Origin: Felis catus
Taxonomy: Eukaryota
NCBI RefSeq assembly: GCF_018350175.1
Contig: NC_058368.1
Coordinates: forward strand, 146,136,001 to 146,200,000
Reading direction: 5' to 3'
DNA length: 64,000 nucleotides
The notes under the pieces were generated by a model. It was not told the DNA's origin. It worked only from the letters and a program-made list of their open reading frames with translations, and ran no database searches. This document shows positions 1 to 13,545 of this stretch, piece after piece; within the stretch, counting starts at the first letter, position 1; every line of letters begins with the position of its first letter. The position numbers were made by a program, and so were the translations under genes.

Positions 1-165
1 ATTCTTCACAACCACCTTACCAAGTATGTATCACCACTATCCTCATTTTACAGAAAAATAAACTAAGGCACAGAGAGGTACAGTGAGTTAACCAGTAGCA
101 TACAGCTGTTAACTGGCAGAGCTATGATTCTAACAGAATCAGCCTGGCCAGAGTCAGCTCCATTA
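1..165 (-). mobile_element. MIR SINE fragment
   Basis: cattttacagaaaaataaactaaggcacagagagg...ggcagagctatgattctaac resembles the reverse complement of the MIR core. Confidence 0.75.
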
Positions 166-1754
166 ATCAGTCTGCCAGTTCTAATTGATACCCTGGGCAT
201 GCTGTGAGAACATTACTTACATTACTTCACATTCATGTAATAAGAATAGAATGCCATGAAAAAGGAACAATGCAGCTATGTGGGAAAATAAGTTCTACTT
301 ACATAAATGGGTTAGAAAAAAAGCTTAGAGTGGAAAGATGCCACCACAAGGCGAAAGCACCTGAGGTTAGCTAGCAAGATGTTGTAATGGAATCACGAGT
401 AACTGTTATATCACCTGCAGGAAATTACTTTCCATCTGGTGCCAATGTGCCTTGATCACAAACACCACTTGCCCCCCAGACCCTTTGCTTCTACACACAA
501 GTCAGTGATTACTGTCTGATCGTTTTCTTCATGTTTACATGTGTAAGATCTTGTTTTCTTTACATTCACCATGTGGGTAATATCTTATGAGCTCAATAAA
601 TATGGAGACAAAACGCCCACGTGGGGCTCTTGTCTCCTCACAGATGCTACCTTCCCTCTTATCTCGATTCTGTGTCCGCTCTCTCGCTGGACAAGAGAGA
701 ACTGCATACTTAAAGTCTGTGACATGGCTGCAAGGAAGAGATTTTAGAGATTAAAATTATAACAGCTAAAATAGAATAAACACAGTGACTTGCTATGGAG
801 TGGCCAACAGGGATAGTAGAGCACCAGCCCTCTTCCATAAAGTTAATAATGATCCCTCGGGAGCATAGAGGAGAGAACCTCCTCCTCTCCACCACCGCAA
901 ACCACACTATTTATCACCCAACACAGACTCAGCCTTCTATGCTCAGGGGAAGAGGGAATTGCTTCTTGGATGAGGGTAAGTGTTTAAGGTCTCAAATAGA
1001 GGATATCTGCTTTGTGCATGTAGATGTGCTATAACAAAGCTTCTCTGAGGCATAGCAACCCAGAAAGTCCCTGTGAGGAAGGCAGAGATTTCTGTATGCC
1101 ACCTCTGTTTTGCCCATTTCAAAAGCATGTCAAGGTATCACAGCCTACAGGAAAAAGTCACCCTTGCTCTATCTCCTGCCTGGCCCTCCTGGGTCCACCT
1201 CACTTAACCTAAGGAAGGAATATAGGGAGACAGTTTCCTCTGCATTGGTCAAGGTTCTTAAAAGCAGACGTCAGAATGGATTCTAGGTAGGTGGGAAGAG
1301 ATTTCCTAGAGCATATTGAATGAATCACAGGAAGACCAAAGAAACAGAATCTGAAAAGAGTTTCCGGGAATAACTCCCAGCTCCTTGCCACACCAGAGGA
1401 CTAGCCTGGAAGAAGACATGCTTCACCCCAATGCCATAAATAGTCTCCACAGTGAGGAAGCTGCCCCTCCCCACTGACCAAGAGCTATGCTACACCAAAC
1501 CAAGATGGAAAGCTGCAGGTATTGTCACATACCATCCCACCCTGACCCAACCAAATGGATGCCACTAGCCTGCCAGCTTCCCATGTTGCTTATTTATGGA
1601 ACCAAGACTCACGTGGGCATGGCTGCAGCAAAACAGAGGTCCCGTGTCTTCACCTGTCTGGCAAAAAGGGCTGGGACAGGCAGGACTTTAGGGTCTTTGC
1701 TGGGAAAATGGAGTTTACTCTGTAGAACAGCCATCAAAGTGTGGAAAGAGCCTG

Positions 1755-1995
1755 AATCCATAGAGACAGAAAGGAGACTAGTGGTTAGCAGGGGCTGAGG
1801 AGAAAGGGTAATGCAGAATTATTGTTTGATGGGTACAGAGTTTCAGTTTAGGATGATGACAAAGTTTTGGAAATGGATAGCAGTGCAGGTTGGACAACAA
1901 TGTGAATGTGCTTAGTGCCACTGAATTGATCATTTAACAGTCGTTAAAATGTTAAATTTTTTGGTACGTATATTTTACCACAGTTAGAAAAAAAA
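1755..1995 (+). mobile_element. Old L1 (L1MB-like) 3' end
   Basis: catagagacagaaagg...gggtacagagtttcagtt...acaacaatgtgaatgtgctta...tatattttaccaca followed by an A-run; typical L1M 3'UTR terminus. Confidence 0.8.
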
Positions 1996-2214
1996 GGAAC
2001 TTCCCCAATAGTCATTTAACAATATTGAGTCAATTGTGAGTGAAAGATACTCACTACAGCTCCACTCCATTTGCCTAATTGCCAAAGTGAATGTGGAGAC
2101 ATTTGAGAAATATTGTGAAGTAGCACTTTATTTAAATCATTCTATGCAAGTGGAATTCATTCTAACATGGAAAGATTGCCACAAAAGGAAATTCCACAAA
2201 TTTCCTTTGTAAAC

Positions 2215-2520
2215 CCTTGCAATATTTAACAACCTGCATTATTAAGAAATTCTTCTTTATATCTAACTTAAATCCCTCTTGCTACCTTTTAAAACATTTC
2301 CTTGTTTCCTTCTTTGGTAAAGATGGAGAACAGCTGGCCTGCATTTTGCATGCTTCGCCTTTAGGCCAAAGTAATTCCAGTTGTTTTAACGCTTCCTGGA
2401 AGACTATGCGCTCTATCCCCTGACTTCGTTTTCTTTTATCTCTTCTGAATCCTTCTTCCATTTCTCTGCCACATCATTTCACCATCAGGGCCTGTCTGGG
2501 GACTGAGCAGTGTGAAAAAA
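2215..2520 (-). mobile_element. L3/CR1-like ancient LINE fragment
   Basis: ttaagaaattcttctttatatctaacttaaatccctcttgct resembles the antisense CR1/L3 3' region. Confidence 0.5.
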
Positions 2521-5480
2521 TGGACTCGATCCTCTTCAACGTTGTCAACACCAATTCCTAACTTGTAAACAACGTTGTTAGAAGTACTGGAATTAACACT
2601 GAGTCACAGTGAGTAAATTACATCCTGAGAATCCTGATAATGGAAGGGAAATTACACTGCCGCCTCCAGGACACGGGAACATTACTAAGGGGCAGCTTGG
2701 AAAAGGGGGCAACAGGAAAGAGCAAACCGTGGGTGTGGTGGAAGGACAGTGAGGTACTGGTGTGCTCTGTGGAAGGGGGAGCACAGCTACTCCTGTGTCC
2801 TGGGCGTGTGTGCTCTGGGAGGAAAGCTGTGTGTGGTGAGGCAGCTGGGTTACATCCCTAGGGTGGTGGCAATTGAACACAGCTCATGGGAGATGGAGGA
2901 GGTGGGGTGAATGAGCCATTTGAATGAAAAACCCTAGTTCTGAGGATGACTCTTCTGGCTGCCAAGGAGGGGCTCTGCTACCCTATGGGGGAAGAGGGGT
3001 GGTAAGATACCAGGTGCTGACATTGGCAGTGTAGAGAGACTCAGATCAGTCAGAGCAGGGCCTCGATGCAATCAAATACCAGTAACACCTCATATTTGCC
3101 TAGCACACCATGGCCTACAAAGCACTCCTACATTCTTGATCTGATTTACATCACGCATCACCCTGTGCTGGTATAGGGCCATTTGTATTATCACCACACT
3201 ACTGGGAAAGAGATGCACGTGGGTATACATGACCAGGAAAGGGGCTAGGTCAAGCACCTCACCCTTTGACTTCTTTGGTGCTCTTTGCTCTAGACCACAC
3301 TGCCTTTCTTATGAGAATTGTCAGCGCTGGGTTCAGTGAGCACTTCACTGAGATTCTTCTTTAAGGAACAGAATACTACTTACTTAGCTAAAGATTTCCA
3401 TCACCCGAACCCAAGCCATGCACAAAGCATACTCCCTAAACACTAAACGAAGGTGGTAGTTAATAAGGTGAAATGGTGAGGAGGAAGAACTTGTTTTCAC
3501 TGGCACATTGATTTCGCAAATAATTGACTATCCTCAGAAAACATTGTTTACAACATGTTTAGGATTGGATGAGTTTCCCTTTAAACACTGTTATATTCTT
3601 TGGTAAATAAACACTGAACATAAAGAAGACAATTTTTTTTTAAATATATGTTTTCTTTAATAATATAAAAGAATATATTCAATGAGTTATTAATGTTATT
3701 TCTTATTCATAATACCCTAAAACCAAATAGTATTTCAAACTGAATAAAGTGTATACTTTGAATTGTTCACGAGTCAAATAAGAAATGAATACTGTATTGA
3801 AACCAAAGCAAAATTAGTTATTTTTTTTCCTAGTAAGAAAGGACTCCTTCTTCCCACCCCCAGAATTTCCACACAGATTAGAGAATGGTCTATTTTATTT
3901 TAACAAAGCTTTTGGCAAAATGTTAACCAACCACAAATGTAGCCTCTGAGCACAGGCACCAAAGAAACTAATACTGTTCTTTTGAGAAATACATAGTTTG
4001 TCCAACAGATGAGAGAAATCGAAAACTGTAGTTGTGTTGAACCTGGTAAGTTAGTACATTCAACTCTCCCAATTATAGTGTGAAATTTCTCATAAATGAG
4101 CAGCCATCAAGTTACATTGTACAATACTGATATATTCCCTATTTTGTAGTGGTCCCCAATATAAATTAATGGTTAGCTTGGTGTGTTCAGTTGTTTATTC
4201 ATTCAGTACTCTTAAGGGAACATGGAAATATTCAGCCTGTACAATTCAGTCAGACCACAGGAAACTGCCAGCAAAGAATGAGACATATACATCTGGTGCC
4301 TGCTCCACAGGGCAATCAGATAGGTACCTAGAGCCAAATCTTCCTGGCCAATCAAAGAACAGCAATTAGATGTCTTGGATCCAACCATGGATGTAGAACT
4401 ATGTGCAATAGAGAAGAAAACACATTATAAATCCTATGAGGTTTTCAGTGGAAAAGTACATAAAATGTATGTTGTATTTGAGTTCATGATTCTGTCATTT
4501 TAACTAAAAAGTTATTCTTGGTCCTAAGAAGATAACTTTTCTTAATTATATTTCTTATTCTATATGAATTTTCTGTATGTATCCTGATTACTAGAAGGTT
4601 ACAAATTTAGTCAAGGGATCACAGTATTTATGGCACTTTGTGGGCTTACATCCTCTATCTCACGTATGTCTGAGGTATATTCAGTTTTATTTGCTCAATA
4701 CCTCAGCAATTATAATCTGTCTACATAGCGTATCTATCCACTTATCTTAGTTCTTGGTGAAAATAAGGCCAGGTAGTATGTTCAGTCCCTCTAAAAGTCA
4801 TGCATTTTATACAATGACAGACTGCTGCTTGGCCACCCTGGCACAGACCACAAAGGAGATTGGGCATCTGTGGATGGTTCATCGCAGACCTAGTGCCTGC
4901 CGATGAAAAACAAGCTATTGGGGTCTACTAAATGTGGGCTCTGTACCATTATCTCCATCTGAAACCTCCTAATCTGGTTGTGTAGCCTCTGAAATAATAG
5001 CCCATTTCACACAGCCAGTGAACCCACAATGAAAGCCCTTGAAGCACCGGGAAATCAGTGTGTGTCCAGAGCTTCCACCACAAGCCATCTTCATGATCGC
5101 ACAATTTATTTGTCTGCTCCCAGACTGGGTATCGTTGTTTGGATTTAGCCTGGGATGACAGAATCCCTCACCCCTTGTTACCATGATTCTACATGGCTTT
5201 TATTAACTGAGCAGAGAATGAAGCTTCCTTTGGAGCCAAACTAGCATGTGGTAGAAATTCCCTGAGGGTATTAAAGTGAACATCATGTCCCCTCCCTAGG
5301 GGAGATAATGTCAGGAGGGTGACCAATCTGAATTCTACTTCATTAGATAAAATATACAATCCTTTATCTGAAAGGAATCTAAGGACTAATGAAATACCAT
5401 AGAAGTTCCACCCTATAAATGGAGAAACTGATAAACCAAGAAGTTACTGAAGTTATTAATTCAAATCAGTAACAGAATGA

Positions 5481-5958
5481 TATATTAGTTTCTTAGAGCT
5501 GTATTAAGAAATTGTTGCAAGCCTAAAAGAGAACAAATCCATTGTCCTTGGGTTCTGGAAGTCAGAAGTCTAAATGGCTAGCAGGGTTGTTTCTTCTGGA
5601 GGCTCTACAGAAAATCTGTGTCCTAACCTTTTCTAGCTTCCAGTGGCTCCTGGGCATCCTTGGCTTATGGCTCCATTGTCTATCTTCAAAGCAGCAGCAT
5701 AGCATTATCAAATATCTCTCTTCTCTGCTCTCTGCATTTGTGGTCACATCTCCTTTTCTGAGTCTGACCCTTCTGCCTTCTTTTTACAAAGACCCTTATG
5801 ATTACATTGGGCTCACCTAGATAATCCTGGAAAATCTCTCCAACTCAAGATCATTAACTTAATCACAAATGCAAACTTTCTTTAGGTAATATAATCACAA
5901 ATCTGTGGTGTATAATGGGGAGAGGGAGAGAGAACAGAATATTATTCTGCCTACCACA
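5481..5958 (-). mobile_element. MaLR solo LTR (MLT1C/D-like)
   Basis: Starts tatattagtttctt, contains gttctggaagtcagaagtc and gacccttatgattacattgggctcacc, ends tctgcctaccaca. Confidence 0.8.
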
Positions 5959-6025
5959 AATAATCAAAAAGTCTAAACATCGTGAATGCATGTGTTGATT
6001 TCATTCAAAACATATTTAAGAATCA

Positions 6026-6135
6026 GGGTGCCTGGCAGGCTCAGTCAGAAGAGCATGTGATTCTTGATCTTAGGGTCATGAGTTTGAACCCCATGTCGGG
6101 TGTAAAAATTATACTTAATAAATAAATAAATAAAG
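6026..6135 (+). mobile_element. Short/old carnivore SINE (tRNA-like head plus (AAAT)n tail)
   Basis: gggtgcctggcaggctcagtc...gagtttgaacccc; flanking repeat ttaagaat at 6016-6023 and 6136-6143. Confidence 0.8.
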
Positions 6136-6879
6136 TTAAGAATTACTTACTAGGTACCAGATACTGTGATTGGCAAACATGGTAAAGCAAATAGGCCTGA
6201 AATGCTCTTTAATCTGCAAAGATATATTTTAAATGAAATTCATAAGTAAAGAAGACTTCTTAAAGATCATTTAGAAAGGAAAAAAAGTTAAGAATGAAAC
6301 TGTGCTCATACTCAGTCATGAGACAAAGAGCTCATACTCCCAATATTTAAAAAAAAAAAAAAGATCTTAAAAATAAAAAAGAATTGGATGAACAATCCCA
6401 TAGAAAGCATGGGCAAAATGGGCAGTTTACATAATAAAATATACAAATCGATAATGCATACATAATAAGAAATTCTTTTTTAATGCTCAGATCAACAGTA
6501 AAAAGATTAAAAAGATTGGTGATAAAAGTATTTACAACGGCCTGCATGATCTAGCTCTTGTGTCCCTCTCTGATCCTTTTCTGTTCTTCCCTGATCTAAT
6601 CTCCTTCTGACATACACCTCACTTGTTTGTTTCAGCCAAACAAAAAGTACCTTTCACACATTGTGATAGGACAATCTTGCAATATTGACTAAATTTCAAG
6701 ATTGGCTAAAACTCAAATATATATAATATACCATTTGCTCTAGCAATGCACTTTTAGGCATTTAACATTCATAAATATTTAAACAAATGAGAAAGGTTAT
6801 ATTACAAAGATATAATTTAAAAACTTGGAAATAACCTAGATGTTCCTAAACAGAGATTTGGTTAGGTACGTCAGGGTAC

Positions 6880-7122
6880 TGGCATGGTAGGGTAAGGGCC
6901 CCTTTCTGAGTGGCTGTCTTCTCATTGCATTCTTACATGCCAGAAAGGGCTAGAGATTTTCTGGACCCTTTTATAAGAGTACTAATCCCATTCATGAGAA
7001 TTCCAACCTCATGATTTAAGCACTACCCAAAGGCCCCATCTACTAACACCATCACACCACTTTGGGGAGTTAGAATTTCAACATATGAATTTAAGAGGCA
7101 CACAAACATTCACATCATAGCA
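6880..7122 (-). mobile_element. MaLR LTR fragment (MLT1A/B-like)
   Basis: ttataagagtactaatcccattcatgag...tttcaacatatgaattt...cacaaacattcacatcatagca. Confidence 0.7.
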
Positions 7123-8599
7123 TACACCCAGAAGAAACATTTCTTCAAATCATCTTTTTATTTTTCCTTCAGATCAGAAAGAAAATACCTTTTCTCTCTA
7201 GATTCTCTTCATCTTCCACCTCCTTAGGACCATCCTAGCAAAAAAAAAAAAAAAAAAAAAACTGGCTTTTTTAAACGTTGGAAAATCTCAAACCTTGTAG
7301 TCTGTGTTTCACTATTCAAAGTCAACACTGTCTGTTATATACATTATACTCAAAGCCCTCTGGATATTTTCATAATATTGTATATTACACAGAGAAGACT
7401 TGGGCATCCTTCAAACTTTTATAAGCATATGTTCTCCCTTCCTCATGAGACTCACTCAAGTAAAATTTTCTCAAATGAAATACTTGAATGTATAGGCTTG
7501 GTGAGATGGTATCTGAAAGCCACAAACTTTTGCTACAATCTTCAATGTGGCCAAAGTAATCCATAGCAAATTTTATTAAAGAAGCAGTAATAACAACCTT
7601 GTCTTATCCTTTCAGAAAACTCAGAATGATCTCATAGGCATATATATGTTTTTTTGGTTTCTACATGTAAATTATACTCTTCACCTTACTAAAATGGTTT
7701 CTAATCATATAGTGTCATTAGATAAAATTATTTTGGATAACCAAGTTGTCTGTTTTTATGTTTAATGCAATCATTTCTGAACAATAATTTCCAAGATTGT
7801 TTTTAATGTGACTTTTTTTCTCTCTATATCCGTACATGCTATGCTATAGACAATTTCCCTTTGGACAACAACCTCTCTAGTCAACCAAATCTATTTGGTT
7901 TTAATTTTAAAAAATCACTGTATAAGGTCAAGTTAAAGCAAATTAAATTTGGGTTAGAGGCACTTTTGGTATTTACAGGGATGTGTTCTTATTTTCCCTC
8001 TTCTGCTCTTGGAAATCAAACAAAAGAGGCAAGAAATACAAAAAGAACCCACAAACTCCATTTTTGGCACAACTAGGTAGCAGATTCAAACTACAATTTC
8101 CAAAATAAGTGTAAGGGCTACCCAAAGCAGCCAAGACCAGGCAGAAGCCACACATAAAATAGGAGGAGAGAAGCAAAGACAGTTACAAGATGATTAGCAG
8201 ATGTCAGAAAAATACACTTCCTACAAGTGAGAGGTTCACTGAGAAGTAGAGAAGCTGTGTCCATGCTAGCGGCAATGGATGTAGGTTCTGTGTGAGCGAG
8301 GCTGGCAGCAGAGGTCTTCGTGGACCCAGTTAATCTGAGAGAAGCAGAGATGGCAGGGCTGCATGTGGAACCCCCAGCTAAAGCCATATTGGAAGAGAAA
8401 AATCTGTCTCTGAGGAAGTGGAATAGGAGAGAACTCTGCATTAGGAAGCCTCAAGGACCTCCACTACATTTTTTCTCCTGCAGAAACTTCCTGCAAAAAG
8501 TTGCTTAGGAAAATCCACACTGTAAATTAATAAAAGGATTTGACACGTTATTGATACAAGATTATGTAAGAGAAAATATGGGAAATAGCAATAAAACCT

Positions 8600-9369
8600 C
8601 CAAGCATGAGGAACTCTCACCAGAAGAAAGTTGCTGCAAAGCAAATGAAAATTGTAGCCAAGTGTTTCATTGTGAATTTAAAAATTTAACAAGTCAATAT
8701 TCTCTCTGATGGAAAATAACAAAATAGGAGCATAAAAAGAAAAAATAATGGAAGAACACAGGGGAAAGGGAGAATAGATGATGCCAAAAGCAAGTACAGA
8801 ACTTAGTGAATGGCAATGAGGAAAGTGGGGGCAAAGGTATAGCTTTAAAACAGGTAAAGGAAATCCAACAGAGTCGTGGAAGCTTTCAAGAGAAAAACAA
8901 CCTGATGGAACAGAACAAATAGCTCTTCAAGAAAACCTTCGTAATGTGAAAGATGACTGAAAACTAGATACTGAAGAAATACATGTGTGCTAGGGAATAT
9001 TAACACAAAATGGTCAACACCCATGCATACTCAGTACACAGATTAGATTTTAAAGATCCGGAGACAGTAGTAAGCAAAGTAATCAGGTAATTTGTAAGGG
9101 GAAAAAGTGTTAGATGGTCCTCACATGTCTCCACACCTTTATCCAATGTCAGAGGTAGTAAATCAATACTTGCAAGATTCTCAGGGGGAGAAAATGTGAG
9201 TGAAGGATTTTATAGACAGCCAAGCTGCCCTTTTGTATAAACGATACAGTTGAACATTAAGGAATCCAGGATTTACTGTTTCCCAAAGTCCTTCTTGATA
9301 AAACTGCTACAGAACAAAATTCAGCTAACAAGAATTCAGAAATTATGGCAAAGGATTGGTAGTGGTCAT
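8600..9369 (+). mobile_element. Ancient L1/HAL1-like ORF1 region, left part of host element
   Basis: A-rich degenerate ORF1-like sequence, e.g. ggattttatagacagccaagctgccctt resembling the RILYPAKLS motif. Confidence 0.45.
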
Positions 9370-9380
9370 AGAGTTTGTTT

Positions 9381-12300
9381 GTTTATTTCTCACTTTTATT
9401 TATTTTTATAATTTTAAATTTAAATTTTAGTTAATATACAGTGCAATGTTGGTTTCAGAAGTAGAATTCAGTGATTCGTCACTTACATCCAACACCGGGT
9501 ACTCATCACAGCAAAAGCCTTCAGTACATATGACCCATCTAACCCATTCCCCACCAACCTCCTTTTATCAAACCTCAGTTTTTTCTCTATCATTTAGAGT
9601 CTTTTGTTATTTGTTTCCCAACTTCTCTCACCCACCCATATGTTCATCTGTTTTGTGTCTTAAATTCTACATATGAGTGAAATAATATATTTGTCTTTTT
9701 TCTGGTTCACTTATTTCACTTAGCATAATACATTCTAGCTCCATCCACATTGTTGGAAATGGCGAGATTTCACTCTTTTTGACTGCCGAGTCATACTCCA
9801 TTGTGTGTGTGTATGTATGTATATGTATATACACACACATACCACGTGTTCTTTATCCATTCATCCATCAATGGACATTTGGGCTCTCTCCATAGTTTGG
9901 CTATTGTTGATAATGCTGATATAAACATTGGGGTGCATGTATCCCTTTGAATCTGTATTTTTGTATCTTTTGGTTAAATACCTAATAGCGCAATTGCTGG
10001 GTCATAGGGTTAGTTCTATTTTTAGTTTCTTGAGGATCCTCCATACTCTTCTTGAGAGTGGCTGCACCAGGTTGCATTCCCACCAGCAGTGCAAGAGGGT
10101 TCCCCTTTCTCTGCATCCTTGCCAACACCTGTTGTTTTTTCTGTTGTTAATTTTAGCCATTTTGTTGGGTGTGAGACAGTATCGTCCTGGTTTTGATTTG
10201 TATTTCCCTAATGATGAGTGATGTTGAGTATCTTTTCATGTGTCTGTTAGCCATCTGGATATCTTCTTTGGAAAAGTGTCTATTCATGTCACCTTCCCAT
10301 TTCTTCACTGGGTTGTTTGTTTTGGGGTATTGAGTTTGATAAGTTTTTTTTTATAGATTTTGGATACTAACCCTTTATTGGATATGTCATTTGCAGCTAT
10401 CTTCTCCCATTCTGTAGGCTGCCTTTTAGTTTTGTTGATTATTTCCTTCCCTATGCAGAAGCTTTTTATCTTGATGAAGTCCCAATATTTCATGTTTGCT
10501 TTGGTTTTCCTTGCCTTCGGTGATGTGTAAGAAGTTGCTGCTGCCGAGGTCAAAGAAATTGCTGCTTGTGTTCTCCTCTAGGATTTTTATGGTTTCCTGT
10601 CTCTCATTTAGTCTTTAATCCATTTGAATTTATTTTCATGTATGGTGTAAAAAAGTACTCCAGTTTTATTCTTTGGCATGTTGCTGTCCAGTTTCCCCAA
10701 CACCATTTGTTGAGGAAACTGTCTTTTTTCCATTGGATATTCTTTGCTGCTTTGTTGAAGATGAGATGACCATATAGTTGGGGTCCATTTCTGTGTTTTT
10801 CATTCTGCTCCATTGATCTATGTGCCTGTTTTTATGCCAGTACAATACTGTCTTGATGACTACAACATTGTAACATAGCTTAAACTCTGGGATCATGATG
10901 CCACCAATTTTGTTTTTCTTTTTCAGGATTGTTTTGGCTATTTGGGGTCTTTTGTGGTTCCATACAAATTTTAGGATTGTTTGGCTTAGCTCTGTGAGGA
11001 ATGCTGGTGTTATTTTGATGAGGCTTGCATTAAATGTGTAGATTGCTTTGGGTAGTATAGACACTTAAACAGTGTTTGTTCTTCCAATCCATGAGCATGG
11101 AATGCTTTTCCGTTTCTTTGTGTCCTATTCAATTTCTTTCATAAGTCTCCTATAGTTTTCAGAGTACAGATCTTTCACTTCTTCAGTTAGGTTTATTCCT
11201 AGGTATCTTATTATTTTTGGTGCAATTGTAAATAGGATTGATTCTTTGATTTCTTTTTTTGCTGCTTCATTATTGGTGTATAGAAATGCAACAGATTACT
11301 GCATGTTAACTTTATATCCTGTGACTTTGCTCAATTTATGTATTAATTCTAGCAATTTTTTGGTGGAGTCTTTTGGGCTTTCTACAGAGTATCATGTCAT
11401 CTGCAAATAGTGAAAATTGCACTTCTTCTTTGTCAGTTTGTAGGCCCTTTATTTTTTTGTTGCCTGATTACTGAGGCTAAGTCTTCCAGTACTATATTAA
11501 ATAGTAATGGTGAAAGTGGGCATCCTTGTCTGTTTCTGACTGTGGGGAAAGGATCTCAGTTTTTTCCTGTTGAGGATAATATTAGCAGTGGGTCTTTTGT
11601 AGATGGCCCTTATGATGTTGGAGTATGTTCCATCTATCCCTACTTTGTTGAGTGTTTTATTCAAGAATGAATGTTGTATTTTCTCACCTGCTTTTTCTGC
11701 ATCTATTGACAGGATCATATGGTTCTTATCCTTTCTTTTATTAATGTGGTGTATCATACTGATTGATTTGCAAATATTGAACCAGCCTTGCAGGCCAGGA
11801 ATAAACCCCACTTGATCATGGTGAATAAGTCTTTTAATGTACTGTTGAATTTGATTTGCTAGTACCTTGTTGAGAATTTTTGCATCCATGTTCATCAGGG
11901 ATATTGGTCTGTAATTCTCCTTTTTAGTGGGGTCCTTGTCTGGTTTGGGAATCAAGGTAATGCTGGCTTCATATAATAAGTTTGGAAGCTTTCCTTCCAT
12001 TTCTATTTTTTTGGAACAATTTGAGAAAAATAGGTATTAACTTGTCTTTAAATGTCTGGTAGAATTGCCCTGGGAAGCCATCTAGCCCTAGACTCTTGTT
12101 TGTTGGGAGATTTTTGATAACTGATTCAATTTCTATGCTGGTTATGGCTCTGTTCAAATTTCTTATTTCTTTCTGTTTCAGTTTTGGTAGTTTGTGAGTG
12201 TCTAAAAATCTGTCCATTTCTCCATATTTCCCAGTTTGTTGGCATATCATTTTTCATAGTATTCTCTTATAATTGTTTGTATTTCTTTGGTGTTGGTTGT

Positions 12301-12800
12301 GATTTCTATGTGATTTTATCTATTTGGGTCCTTTTTTCTTTTTGATAAGGCTAGCTAGGAGTTTATCAATTTTGTTTATTCTTTCAAAGAACCAGCTCTT
12401 GGTTTTATTGATCTGTTCTACTGGTTTTTTTTTTAAATTTCTATATCATTTATTTCTGTTCTAATATTTATTATTTCCCTTATTCTACTGGCTTTATTTG
12501 CTGTTCCTTTTCTAGCTCCTTTAGGTGTAAGGTTAGATTGTGTATTTGGGACCTTTCTTGCTTCTTGAGATAGGCCTGAATTGCAATGTATTTTCCTTTT
12601 AGGACTGCCTTTGCTGCCTGTCAAAGGGTTTTCACTGTCATGTTTTCATTTTTCATTTGCTTCCCTGTATTTTTTTTTATTTCTTCTTTAATTTCCTGGT
12701 TAACGCATTCATTCTTTAGTAGGATGTTCTTTAACCTCCATGGATTTGAGAGGCTTTCCAAACGTTTTCTTGGGGCCGACTTCAAGTTTCATAGTGTTGT
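9381..12800 (-). mobile_element. Carnivore L1, non-inverted 3' part (ORF2 linker/RT/C-terminus plus 3'UTR), decayed
   Basis: ORF-track fragments [50 protein letters not shown]-rich tail at left end; multiple frameshifts. Confidence 0.95.
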
Positions 12801-13164
12801 AAATGTCAGGAAGTGTGAGATTCCCCCTTTGGGGACAAGAGATTGGGGTGGCGGCATTTTTCCCGGCCAACACCAACATGGTGGGATTTCAGAGAGCAAC
12901 ACAGTGGCCCACGGTCAAGGCAGGAACCGTCCAGACCACATACCACCCCCCTGTGCCCGGCAACTGCTTATTTACTAGAGCAGGACTGACTCTAAGCCAG
13001 AGCAGTGGCCCTCTCCTCCTGAAAACCAGCACAGACAGCTCCTCACATGCACCAAGAGCATTGAAAATTGAGCACTGCAAAACAACAGTTGCAATTCTGG
13101 TGGAATTAGAACCTTGCTTCCTTTTTTATTTCTTTTCAATTTTCTTTTTTTTTTTCTTTCTTCT

Positions 13165-13374
13165 TCTTTTAGTTTTTTAATGTTTATTTATTTTTGAGAG
13201 AGACAGAGCCTGAGCAGGGGAGGGGCAGAGAGAGAGGGAGACACAGAATCAGAAGCAGGCTCCAAACTCCGAGCTGTCAACGCAGAGCCTGACACAGGCC
13301 TTGAACTCATGAACCACGAGATCATGACCTGGGCGAAGTTGGACACTTAACTGACTGAGCCACCCAGGTACCCC
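13165..13374 (-). mobile_element. Carnivore/felid SINE (SINEC)
   Basis: gagagacagagc...ggggcagagagagagggagacacagaatc...ctgagccacccaggtacccc. Confidence 0.95.
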
Positions 13375-13465
13375 TCTTTTCTTTTATTGATTTGGAATGA
13401 GGCTTATTCATAGTTTTTTGTTTGCCTGCTAGTTTGTTTTTTTCATTTCCTTTTCTCTTTCTCCT

Positions 13466-13507
<42 letters not shown>

Positions 13508-13545
13508 GTTGTTGTTTTTGTTGTTGCTTTTTTTGTTTGTTTGTT
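13466..13545. repeat. (CT)n then (GTT)n/(GTTT)n microsatellite within L1 5'UTR
   Basis: Directly visible. Confidence 0.9.

Noticed and set aside
6026..6105. tRNA gene
   Set aside because: tRNA-derived SINE head with an AAAT tail and flanking repeat; no complete cloverleaf seen
8118..8441. 107-aa minus-strand ORF
   Set aside because: No recognisable domain or splice context; adjacent to decayed L1-like sequence
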